From positions 97,280,001-97,344,000 of the forward strand of contig OZ076409.1 in assembly GCA_964187785.1 (NCBI GenBank): DNA of 64,000 nucleotides. The letters are read 5' to 3'. The notes below the pieces were generated by a model that saw nothing but the letters and a program-made list of their open reading frames with translations, ran no database searches and was not told the DNA's origin. Below, in pieces: positions 43,616 through 55,172 of the stretch (position 1 is its first letter; the number at the start of each line of letters is the position of its first letter). A program made the translations under genes and the position numbers. This DNA is from Amphiscolops sp. MND2022 (Eukaryota).

Positions 43616-44416
43616 ACTAATATGTTGTCCAAATTCAAAATTTCTTCAGAGTATACACGGAGTTTCAAAATGAATTTCGAAAAATTCCAACTCTTACCCT
43701 TGTAAAACCCACACAATAGAAAAATTTTTGTCTTTTTTCTTGCAAAAACTGAATTAAGTCTTTTTAAAACATTTTTGAAGTCAAACATTTAATAGTTTGT
43801 AGAAACATTTTTTTAGCGAAATAGCGATTTTAAAATTAGCGGTTTAGCGATTAGCGAAAAAAATTAGCGATGTCAAATCCCTGATCAAGAGTTTTCCTTT
43901 GACCACCCTAGATTAATTTTCAAACAACACTGCGAATAACTCTCTTTCACTGGGTTTCACGCTGAACTCTTAATTGCGGCAAATGACTTTCAATCACCCA
44001 AAATTACCATCGTTTTGTCTTAGGTTTAAAAAAGATTGTAATGGAAACATTCATTTAAAAACACGACAAATAGAAATTCATTTCAACCATTGATTCGACT
44101 GATGATAATTAAATTAACTGCAAACGTGAAAAATTTTCATAAAGCGAGTTTGAAATACTGCCAATGTAGATGAAAGGAACTAAAAGATTCCTTCATAGTA
44201 GCACAAATCGCTAAAAGAAAACCAATAGTAGAAAAATACTTATGAAAAGAAGCAAAACTTGATATTGTTGGACTTTTCTTGAAAAATGTGGTCGCAAAAT
44301 ATTTGATATTTCGAAAATTTCTTCAATTCACATCACTGATTTTTTTTCAAAATTTTTTTGGCAATTCGTGGTCTGTAATAAATTACTGCTTGATGATCCA
44401 CATTTTTCAAGTAGTC

Positions 44417-44592
44417 CCAGGTTGAGAAAAACAACCTTGCAAGGATCTTCCAAGAATCTTTCAAAATTTTGCAAAATAATGCATTTTGCTTGGATTCCTT
44501 GAAAGAATCTTGCAAGATAATGCATAAAGAATGCATTATATGCAAGAATCTTGCAAAATGCTTGCAAAGATTGAATTTTTTCTCAACCAGGG
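44417..44592. mobile_element. Small MITE with TTGCAA subrepeats
   Basis: TIRs CCCAGGTTGAGAAAAA / TTTTTCTCAACCAGGG. Confidence 0.65.
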
Positions 44593-44779
44593 CTCGTTTT
44601 TCTGATGTTTCTTTTTAGTTCTCTTCAACCTCCACCCCCGATTGTCTTCGAATTTGACTGTTAGTAGCCCCTGCCGATTCCGTAGTTTGACTGCGCGACT
44701 TCTGAGCAAACATCTTCCTCACTACAGTTCAATCAGGCATGCTTGAAATTAGGAAAAAAACTATCTTTGGACTATGTGT

Positions 44780-45365
44780 TTTTAGTCGGCGCATTTTAAC
44801 AAAATGAGCCCGACTATTACAGTGGCAAGTTTTTTTTCGTCAGACAACAGAATGTATGCGTGGTGGATTTTTCTACAGAACTACTAAACTACTGGACCGG
44901 CAAGCGGAAACGCATCTAAGTTAGTGCAAAGGATCCACCCTTTCGTGTACTCAATTTTTAACGTAAGATACAAAACCGGACGGGACTACAGGGTCCCCCC
45001 TTTGAATTTTTTTTGGCACTGTGCTACTTTTTTCGAAACTTTTTGTCGCCAAAGGTTCCCCCTTCAAGTTTTCAGATATTTTGCAGCAAACTGAAGTTTC
45101 AAAAAGCCCAAAGGGTCTCCCATTTCTAGTTTTTCGGCACTTTGAGACTGTTTCAAAATTCTCATTTTTCGTTTTTTTCCGAAATATTTTTCAGAACATT
45201 TTCGATTTTTTAAATGTCTCCAAAGGGTCCTCCTTCATTTTTAAATATTTTGCAACAAACTGGATTTTCAAAAAATCGAAAGAGTCCCCCCTTTTTAAAA
45301 TTTCAAAAATTTTGCACTTTTTGAGTCTTAGATATAGCGCCGACTTCAGACGTTCCCGTCTTGTT
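44780..45365 (+). mobile_element. Helentron/DINE-like element family A
   Basis: 5' TTTTAGTCGGCG...CCGACT; 3' GCGCCGACT + GACG..CGTC hairpin + TTGTT; internal AAAGGGTCCCC repeats. Confidence 0.7.
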
Positions 45366-46284
45366 TATTACAACCCCTTTACCCGGGAAAATCTTGTTTC
45401 GTATCCCCCAACACGAAAGGACGTTTTACTCCTAAAAAAATTTTGCACCAATAAAAGAAATTCATATGGTTACAAATACTTAAAGAATTGCCTCTACAGG
45501 TGTTTTTTGTACCCTATTTACCCTACATACCTTATTTTTTTTGATATTATTGTCCAAAACAGCACAGCTGGAACAAGCCAAAATCGCAACGAACGGCCCG
45601 GCCCCAATTTCAACGCAAACTTTCTCCGCCATAAAATAAATTGGTTGTAAATTAATGTAAAAGGTAGCAATATATCGACATCAAATATTTTAGTGGACCG
45701 AAATTTCAGCGCAAACTATGTCGACTTAATGGAATTTGAACTTTGTTTCTCATTTTCCCCCTGGGCCGCCCTGGTTGGAACTGCTTGAACTTTTTATATG
45801 CTTTTTGTAGGCTACCAAGCTAATTTTCCATGATTTTATAAAATTCTCAAACATCGATGCATTAAAACTTTACTGATGCAACTTAAATTTATCAAGCTGC
45901 CTATAAAATGCATCCTAAATTTGGCGGTAATTGCGAGCCGCGAAGTATTGCAGGTTTCATTAAGACGCCGTTCTAATTTTGAAAGTAGCTGGGACCATCA
46001 TCAATTTTATCGCGATTTCAATGTATATAAATTTTAGTAACATTTTAAGTTTCAAAGTAGCGGCATATTCAGCGTGTTATTTGACTAACGGTGTTTACAT
46101 AAGGTACTTACTTGAGAAACTTACACGTGAAAACAAAGCGATCGCGTCGGCGAAGAAGTGTAAATGTTTTCAGATTTAACTCAATTAGTGGAGGCTGCAT
46201 TGTAATCCTAGAAAATGTTTCCATGCAGGCTCCCGGAATTTTCCATGTTTTCTGGTCTTCATGTTTTCTTTTTTCCATGTTTAA

Positions 46285-46668
46285 ATGGCCTCTTTTTGGG
46301 TTTTTCGGCACTGTGCGACTTTATTCGAATACTTTTTAAAAATATATATTTTTTTCAAATGCTTTCGGCTTAGTGAGACTTTTTTTCGCAAATTTTTCAA
46401 ATGTCTCCGAAGGGTCCCCCTCCATTTTTTCCTATTTTTCCAAAGAATGGATGTTCAAAAACTCCCAAATGCCCCCTTTTACATTTGTTGGCACTATGCG
46501 ACTTACCGAGGACCAAAAAAAATTCAAAAAAATTTTCAAAAAAAAAATATTTTTTTTCTATTTTTTCCTCACGTGGGTTTTGTAGAAGGGAATACCTGAC
46601 AGATTGAAGTCCTTTTGCTATTTTTGAGCCTTAGATATGGCGCCGACTTGGGCCGTTCCCGGCTTGTT
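46285..46668 (+). mobile_element. Helentron/DINE-like element family A, 3' part
   Basis: Ends in GGCGCCGACTTGGGCCGTTCCCGGCTTGTT, as does the copy ending at 62511. Confidence 0.65.
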
Positions 46669-46699
46669 TGATATTAGATCAGTTAAATTTGGTTACCAT

Positions 46700-47470
46700 G
46701 CAGACAATAGAGCCATAGTCAAAAGTGCCTAAAATACACAGTCCAAAGCACCCCAATCATGGGATTTGCTGACTCTTTTCCGCCTCTTTTTCCGACTTTA
46801 AATTCCTCACTCAAATTAAATACTTATCATCTTTCATTTCAAAATAGTGTATTGACTAATCGCTTTTTGAAAGAAATTATTATTTTGTTGACAGAAATGC
46901 CAAAATTAACAATTCAAATCGATTTCAATTAGACTTGGTTAGGTGTGAAAATGTTAAACACGGCATTACCAATGAACTTATATTTTGTTTGAACACCTTC
47001 AATTGAATTTAATTAGTTTCTAATGAAATCAGCTCAGAAATTGGCAGGTGCTTTGTGTTTTGGCGCTTTTGTCTGTGGCGCATTTGTCTAGGGTGCTTTT
47101 GTCTGTACAGGGTTGAATTTTCGATAATTTTAGTCTGCGCTTTTCGATTAGGGAAAAGTGCCAGACTATTGCAGTGAATATTTTTTTGTCAATCTCTCAC
47201 TGAATGGTCAACTTTTTGTCCACTTTTGCAATAAGTACTTGATATTGAACGCATGCAAAGCCTCTAACATGAAATACAAAACCCTTCCAAAACAGAAAGG
47301 TTCCCCTGATTCACTTTTTTCGGCACTGTGAGACTTTTTTGGAATTTTTTTTCATTGCACCATTGTCAGGCACTTTGACTGGGGCGCTTATGACTCTGTA
47401 AAATGGGCGCTTTTGTCTGGCGCGCTTTTGTCTGGCGCGCTTTTGTCTGAACACGGCTGAATTTTCGATG
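46700..47470. repeat. Foldback remnants with GCGCTTTTGTCTG units
   Basis: Unit clusters at 47047-47105 and 47367-47450; degenerate inverted copies near 46700-46755. Confidence 0.4.
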
Positions 47471-48606
47471 TTTTTTGTATGTATATTTGCATGTTCTGAG
47501 CATGCCTGGATTCCAGAGGTTGTCTCTCAGCGTGACGGATCTCTGGACATTTGGTCTCCTTCTCGGCTCCTTGCCTCCACTTGCTGACGTCATCGCTTCC
47601 TGCTTCTCTTTGATTCTCTGGTTGTGTTTGTGAATCGCTGAAACGAACGCGTTAGCAGCTTTTCATTGGCAGAGAAAATCATTCTGGTGAAAAGTGTAGA
47701 AATTTTACCAGAAATTACCACAGAAATTGGATGAAAACTGTGGAATTGAAAGTTTTAAAGTATTTCGAAATGTTACTTCCTCCGCTTTTCGAAGTTTTCT
47801 AGTTTTTCAAATCACCTAAACATATGCTAGCAACAAAAATATTTGAGAATAATTCGAAAGATGTTGTTTCATTAGAACAGATGAAAAATGTGCTCTTTTG
47901 AAAGGCAAATCGAGAAAAATCAAACTGCATTAACATGAAATTGATGGAAAATTGTACAGACTAAACAAATGCTATTCAAACGTTAAGCACGCAGTGAAAA
48001 TTGGCCGAAGAATTTAGCTGAAAATGCAGTCGAATTGACAAGCAAAATCTAATTTAAAAGGGATATCAATGCTTGAGCTGCAAACTTGAGGAAAATGGAG
48101 CAAACGTATTTGAAAAAATCGACAAGGACAGTATGAAAATACTTGATATTTTTTAATAATAATAATAATAATTGAATTTATCAGAGGGATAGAACATAAT
48201 TATCAAAAAGTGTAAATGAAATATATTTATATATAAACATACATACACATATACCACGCATATATATTGTTGAGATGTAGCCCCTGAAAAGGCTTCCCAA
48301 AAGCACTGAGGCTTTTCGAGAGGAAGCCTTTGAAACAAAAAGTTAAGTTTTCTTTTTTTGAGTTTTGAGTATGGTAGAGATTTGACAACAATTTATGAGT
48401 TTCTATTTATTTTACCTATAAATGAGATCGATCAGTTCACCATTGCCAAAAATATAAAGATCTGAGATTTGGTGATAGAATGATTGAAATTTCGTTTCCT
48501 CCATATCACATATAGTTTTATCACAAGGTAATACTCCCCATTTGCGCAAAGCATTTATTAGTATTATTGCACGAGAGTCTAGTCTATCGTTTTTTCCAGT
48601 GAAGTT

Positions 48607-51200
48607 TCAAATATTTTGATTTCTGTTTCTTGTCTGTCTGTTGTGGGTCCCAATATTCAAATTTTTGAAACCATTTCTAATTTGGTTAAGTGAAAACTTG
48701 AGAATTTCGTAGATGTGGTATTCGAAAACTGTTGCTATTTTTAGCTCCTTGAATTTTTCCATAACACTTGCTCTGGGTGGAAGCCGTAAGGCTATTCTAA
48801 CTAATTTTTTTTGGACTAATAATATTTTTTGCAGCCTCGTTTTCGGTCCTAATCCGTACAGAAGAATGCCATATTGAACAATCGGCGATATATATGAACG
48901 AATATATTGTACTAAATGTCTTTTGTTCAGTGTTTCTCTTAATCTGTAAAGTACACCACTATGACGTGCAAGTTTTGCAATAACATTGTTAATGTGTATT
49001 TCGAAATTCAATTTTTTATCAAAATGTATGCCCAAGTATTTGTAGCTTACACAGGACGAGGTTTCATGATCTTCAATCATTATGTTTGGATAATTCTTTG
49101 ATTTCTTCTCGAATACGACAAACTTTGTTTTCGTGTAATTACAATCAATGCTATTTATCCTCATCCAATTTCGAAGCAAATGTTTATCCTCAAATTCAGA
49201 GTTTATTTTCTCGATCATAACTGTATCATCAGCGTATTTTATGATTTTGCTCTGCCAATTTTCATCAGCACCAAGGTCATTTATGTAGACAAGAAACAAA
49301 AGTGGGCCCAAAATTGACCCCTGTGGAACTCCACGTTTTAGTGATTTCATGCTTGAACATTTATCTTCAATTTTTACGTACTGAAACCTATTTGCCAAAT
49401 AGTTTGTCAATAGTTTATGTGGAATCCCCCGGATACCGATATGGAACAACTTGTTTAACAAAACATCATGGTCAACTGAGTCAAATGCTTTCCTGAAGTC
49501 GACAAAGATGCAGTTAGATTTAACTTTGGACTCAAAATTTGCTTCTTTTATTTTATATAGCGAGGCTGCTGCTTGAACAGAATCTTTCTATCTCCTAAAA
49601 CCATATTGATCTTTTGAACGGATTGTAAATTTTTCAAGATAGTTCATCAATCTTTTATGGATCACCTTCTCAAATATTTTCGAGAAATTACCTAAAATTG
49701 AGATTGGTCGGTAATTGGAGGCGAGATTTTTATCTCCAGTTTTGAAAATTGGTACAACTTTAGCAATTTTCATACATTGAGGGTAAACGCCTTCAAAAAT
49801 GCATTTATTGATAGCCTTTTTAATATATGGACTAACAATTTTCGCAGATTTCTTCAAAATTCTGACATCTATGCCATCTATTCCAACAGATTTTTTGTTT
49901 TTCAATCTTGCAATAATTTTCAAAATCTCATCATCAGTAACTGAAGCAAAGAACATCGATTGCGGTTGATCAACTTTCTGGCTTTTCCATTGGTGAGCTA
50001 AGTTAGTGGTTTGCGTGTCACAAGCAGTTATAAAGTAGTTATTGAAATCATCAACAGACAGCTCACTACTTACTTTCACTTGGGTGTCAGGTCCCTTCAT
50101 TTTTGTTATGTATCTGAATAATTCTTTTGGCTTATTCTGCTCAATTTTGCTTTGAACTTCATTCCGTTTTGCTAATTTTATTTCCATGTTGACTTGATTC
50201 CGTTTCTTTTTGCATTTCTGATGATCTTCCGTCGTTTTTGTTTTTATCCATACCTGGTACAGTTTATCTCTAATGGCTATTTGTCTTTTGATTCGATTTG
50301 TTATCCATAATGTTTTGGGAGCACGTCTTTTCATTTGTTTGAGAGGAAAATATTTATCGGTTGACTCTTTTATTATTCGTGCAATATTATCAAAATAGGT
50401 TTCAGCTTGTTTATCGTGTTCGGAGATTTTACCCAAAGAGTGGCTTAGAAAAAAGAGGAACTTTTCACAATAAAGTTGATCGGCCAATTTTTTCAGAGGT
50501 CTAAACTCAAAGATGTTTTCGATTACCTCATAGTGTAGATTCATATCCACTTTCAAACTATAGTGATCAGAGAAAGTAGTTTTTTCAATCTGGGATCTTT
50601 GAATAGGAATATTACTGTATATCGAGTCTATACAAGTACTGGTTGTAGCCGTTTCTCTAGTAGGTTCTCTCAAACTAACTAAATCAAGTCCTTGTGAGTT
50701 CATTAAGTTTTCAAACATCACACGCGTTGACAGGTTCTCGTTCAATAGGTCTATATTAAAGTCTCCACAGACTATTTGTAGACCATCACCATTCCTGTCC
50801 AGTACTTCTTCAACATGTTCTAAATACTGACTCCTATTTCTGGAGGGTTCACAATAAAAACAAGAAACTATGATTTTCTTATTTTTGGAGTCTCTGATTT
50901 TTACGGATATTGACTCGTATTTCTCGTCTGTTTGTAATAGTTCTGCCTCCAAATTTAATGATACATAAAGTGCTACTCCACCACCTCTCGTTTTTTAGTC
51001 CTAGTACTGGCAAATGGTTGGTGGTAACCTTCAAGCTTAAATAATTCTTCATTTTCTTTTTTGAACCACGTTTCAGTTAGTGCGATAACCGAAGGATTTG
51101 ATTCATCTATCAAAATTTCGAGATTATGTAAGTTTGCTGATACTGATCTTATATTATTATAGAAGATTGTCAACCCCTCTACCACACCTTTTTCAGAGTT
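48607..51200 (-). pseudogene. LINE ORF2 (APE endonuclease + RT), disrupted
   Basis: NIRS, LTETW, GDFNID, SDH, NYRPIS, QYGFR, DFRKAFDSV, GVPQGSILGP, YADD; frameshift near 50990 and in-frame TAG at 49590-49588. Confidence 0.93.
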
Positions 51201-51271
51201 TTCTTTTGCGATCTTTTCGCTGAGAGCAAACAGTGTGTTCCGCATGTGTTACTTTTTTGCCTGATGAATTT

Positions 51272-52168
51272 TTACTCGGTATTGACCATGTTTTCATCAT
51301 ACTGTTGTTGCATTGCTTTCTGTTTTTTCTCGGGCGTATATCCAGAACCAGAGGATTTTTCCCTTTCAGGCCTTTTAGTGCCTCGTACTCCAATGATGCT
51401 CGAAGGTGGGTTGAACTTTAGGGCATTTTCTTTAATCAATTCTAACTCTTTCATTGTATGAATAGGTCGAAATTGTACACCATTGCCTTCTTTTTTGGGA
51501 CACAGGACTTGTACTTCACAGTTGTTGGTGACAGTTTTGATATCAAGGTTACGAGCCTCTACTTGCAATTCCCGACATGCTTTTGGATATCTCTCAATTA
51601 GGAAAATTGGCCTTCCATTATTGGGATTTTGAACTCCTTTCAAGGCTTTTTTTGAACGCCAGAGGAAATGTTTATGTGCAAAGTAGATAAACTTGATGAT
51701 AATGGCACTCTCTCCTGGTTTACTCAAGTAATGGCAAGCTTTAATATCATGTTTAGACAGCTTTGATCCAAATGTATGATTCAAAAATTCAAAACCTTGT
51801 CCAGTAATGTCTCCATTTCGATCAGATAAAGGCGGGTTCTGTATGATTAGAGTGTCCTTTGTATTGTACATTTCGGAATTCAGGACCCTTTCTTTGAGGT
51901 CCACAATTTCATTGTTAATCAAGTGGACATCATCGGCATATTTTCGCTGGAAATCATCTATTTTGGCCTCCAATGTCCTAGTTTTTTGATCTTTTTCCTC
52001 CAAAGAATAACATAAAAAGTTGAATTTACCTTTCAAGACCCTTACGAGTCTTACCATATCCTCATTGCCGCCAATCTGCTCTTCCAATTGTTCAAATGTA
52101 AGGTCCATTGCGATAAAGTAAGTTGTTTTGGAAATAATTTGAAGAATCAACACGATTTTGCAATGCAC
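51272..52168 (-). CDS. LINE ORF1 (coiled coil + RRM-like)
   Basis: Coiled-coil-like stretch then TLIIQN..DIKACHYL..AIIIKF..IFLIE, directly upstream of ORF2. Confidence 0.75.
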   Translation of the reverse strand: MHCKIVLILQIISKTTYFIAMDLTFEQLEEQIGGNEDMVRLVRVLKGKFNFLCYSLEEKDQKTRTLEAKIDDFQRKYADDVHLINNEIVDLKERVLNSEMYNTKDTLIIQNPPLSDRNGDITGQGFEFLNHTFGSKLSKHDIKACHYLSKPGESAIIIKFIYFAHKHFLWRSKKALKGVQNPNNGRPIFLIERYPKACRELQVEARNLDIKTVTNNCEVQVLCPKKEGNGVQFRPIHTMKELELIKENALKFNPPSSIIGVRGTKRPEREKSSGSGYTPEKKQKAMQQQYDENMVNTE

Positions 52169-52759
52169 AACGTTTTAAAATTTTGACAATGCCAGCAAAA
52201 TTACGTAATAATGATAGTAAGGCAAGCAGCACACACACAACCGTTCAGCTATGCATGTTTTCAGGGCAAAAACACAACTCTTTGTACCATTTTTGTTCTT
52301 GCACCTCAAGTTTTTGCCTGCGGTTACATTGACAGTTGAATTAAGAAGACAATTAGGTAATAGCAGTAATATGATGGCAATATTTATTTTTCTTAAAAAA
52401 AACAAAAAACGAAATTGTTTTTTATAAAAAAAATGTATGTAAAAAAAGTTGAAAGCATTTACTTTTCTGTTCTCCAGGAACCAGTCTAAGGGACAATGGA
52501 GCTTCATGTGAAATCAATTACGAAAAAATTAGGATATATTGTCAAAACGCTATTCGGTTATAGCTACGTAGTTGGAAGTGCTTGAACTTTTCACAAGTTA
52601 TGTAGGTTGTCAAGCTAATTTATCATGATTTTATAGAATTTTCAGAGAAAATTTCCAGCATCAAAGTTCCAGTGATTGACTTTTATCAAGCTGCCTAAAA
52701 GTTGCATCCTACTTTTGATTGCAAATCAGAGCATAGAAGTTGTACAAGTTTTAATATGC

Positions 52760-53002
52760 AACAACCGCCCGCTAAGCACCGGGATATTTTCCGCTAAAAA
52801 AGTAACGCATCAGCGGAGGGTTCTAACTTCCGATCTCGTGTCTGCCAGGCAGACGCACTACCAACTGAGTCAAAGTAACTAAATTAGGTATTAACTGAAG
52901 TGGATGGAGATCGTGGAGATTTGGCAGAACTGGTTAAAAAACGCAACACAGATTCTGAGTTTCCTCCCTAATTCACAAATGAATTTGTGGAGCAGAAAAT
53001 AA
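52760..53002 (-). mobile_element. Helentron/DINE-like element family B with tRNA-like cassette
   Basis: Family B termini; minus strand reads GACTCAGTTGGTAGTGCGTCTGCCTGGCAGACACGAGATCGGAAGTTAGAACCC. Confidence 0.6.
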
Positions 53003-54668
53003 TTATTCTTCTCAGTTTAGCTGAGACCTTATCAATTATATCGTTTTCAGTTACGTTATGCAAATCAACTTCAGTTACGTTACGATATAAGTTTCAAAAA
53101 AGCGTCATCTTCATCGCGGATTTTGACTAACAGTGATTACAACTGAATATTTAACAGAATAAAGGGCGAAGACAAAGTGATTGGGACGGTGAAGAAGTGG
53201 AAATACTTTCAGTTTTAACTGAGATAGTAGAGGCTGCAGTGTAATTCTACAAAGTTTTTCAAAGCAGGTTTCCGCGTTTTTCCATGTTTGTAAAAACAAA
53301 TTGGCCTTGCATGCATGGAAGCAGCATGAAAAACTTCCCAGCAGATTCTACTAAGGTTTGCCAATAGGGTTATGAAGAGTCACTCTGGTTCATAAATACA
53401 GTTTAAGTTCGACCATTCTCTGCGTTAGTTGACTACGTCAAGCACCATACCACTGAAACGAGGTGTTCATTGAAATCTGGTGGCGAAAGCCCTCAGGAGT
53501 CTTCTTGCTAAAAGTTTTCACACTTGGAGTTCCACAGATCGCCGATCGTACATCACCTTACATTGATGGTAATTGATCCAAGCAGCTATTTACAGGGCTT
53601 TGAGAAAATTTATTCTTCCTCTCGTCAGCTGTGAAACTGTCGAAGCTATAGATACCGAGGGCGGAGATATTTTCCCAAGAATTTTACTCAAACAGAAATC
53701 TTTATTTGGTGGAATATGCTTTGGTTTAACTCACTAACTCTGCTATTTTTCTTTCCAAATTGCTCTTCGCTCAACACAATTGTTTTGTAAAAAAAATGAA
53801 AGCGCAACAATGCAACTAGTTTTAATGAGAATATCCCAATCAGCTGTATAAAAATCAATTAATTAAAACAAAACTGGCTAAAACTGAGGTCTACAATTCA
53901 ACCACATGTAATGTCTCAATACTCTAGCTCCGTTAGCTACGGAAAAACTCTAACTACTGCTTATTCTCAGAGTCAGTCTCAGATTCTAACACTCTCTATC
54001 CAGAAGCGCGAGTATATATCTGAACACGTGTCTTGCCTCTGAGAGACTCAACTTGCGCGTAGCTCTCTAAACCTGATTGCTCATCGGCCTCGCAAACTTG
54101 TGACAGCGCATTTGACAATATTCCGGCTTTCCCAATAAAATTCAAACCCTCGTAAACCCTTCTTGATAAAAACGGTACTGCGTTTCAACCTTTTTGCAAT
54201 GGTATTCCAGACTACTCGACAAACTGTTGTAAGAATTTGAGTCTTTTTGGGGGTCGGCTCCTCGTAATTTTTTGCATCCTTAAATCAATTCGAAATCTTT
54301 GAGCTTCACAGCTCGCATTTAGTCACCTTGTTGATTTCCTCACAATAGATCTTGGCTCTCTATGTATCACTCATCATCCATATGGAATCAGCACGCTCCG
54401 GGGGACTAACATATGATTAAAACGATTCCTTTTGTATCTAAGTTTTTTTTAAAAAAACTATAACATAATTTTTTCTCGGGGAGCGACAAAAATCCATCAT
54501 TGTATTCTTGTGTTTGAATACTAAGATTTTTGAGACGCGGTTTTGTGGTTTTGCATCGATTACTGGAACCGACTAAAAACAAAATGTTTCAATTTCTGGC
54601 ACTGATTTGTTGTCTTGTTTACTGAACTCATTGCTAGTTGTTGTTCAAGTGGTTCGGACTTTTGTCTC

Positions 54669-55172
54669 CAGGGGTGTAAAATATTGTATTGCAATATTAT
54701 TTTACCTAAAAATCAATTATTTTAATTGAACTCAGGCAAAAATAAATTATTGTTTAAGAACAATAAATTATTGCGCAAATTTTTCAATTATTGTCAGAAA
54801 CATCAACAATATGCGAACCTGTGAGTTCGTTCCAAAAGTTTTTATTGCTTTTCAAGAAAACTTGGGATTCCAAATTGACGGGCGTCGTTTCTTTTCGGTA
54901 ATCTGTAAAAACGCCTCGCACCACACTGAAGAGCCTTTCTGGAACATTCGAAGTATGTTTACTCGTTTTGTTTACTTTGCACACGCTGCACGCTGCAAAC
55001 GGTTTGCAGTTAATACCCGTACTGCATTTTATCAAACAAAATAATTTTGGCCTAAAAACCAATAATTGCAGCAAAAAAATAAACAATTTATATTGTTTTG
55101 ATGTGAAAAATAAATAATTGCAATATATTTATTGCAATATATTTTTCAACAATTATTTATTTTACACCCCTG
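54669..55172 (-). mobile_element. Non-autonomous hAT deletion derivative
   Basis: Perfect 15-bp TIRs CAGGGGTGTAAAATA; perfect 8-bp TSD TTTGTCTC; residual TSNVPERLFS..PVNLESQVFL..FW transposase C-terminus. Confidence 0.92.

Larger units (their letters stand above)
37658..43883. mobile_element. hAT MITE with TTAGCG subrepeats, split by a Gypsy insertion
   Basis: TIRs CAGAGTTTTGACA / TGTCAAATCCCTG; perfect 8-bp TSD ATCAAGAG at 37650-37657 and 43884-43891. Confidence 0.85.
48153..52370 (-). mobile_element. Near-full-length non-LTR retrotransposon (CR1/L2 group)
   Basis: ORF1 plus APE-RT ORF2; (ATT)n 3' tail at about 48153-48172; 5' end approximate. Confidence 0.9.

Noticed and set aside
45021..45650. 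209-aa Phe/Lys-rich ORF and similar ORFs at 1633-2030, 46285-46607 and 60491-62702
   Set aside because: They lie within non-coding family A repeats and reflect A/T runs
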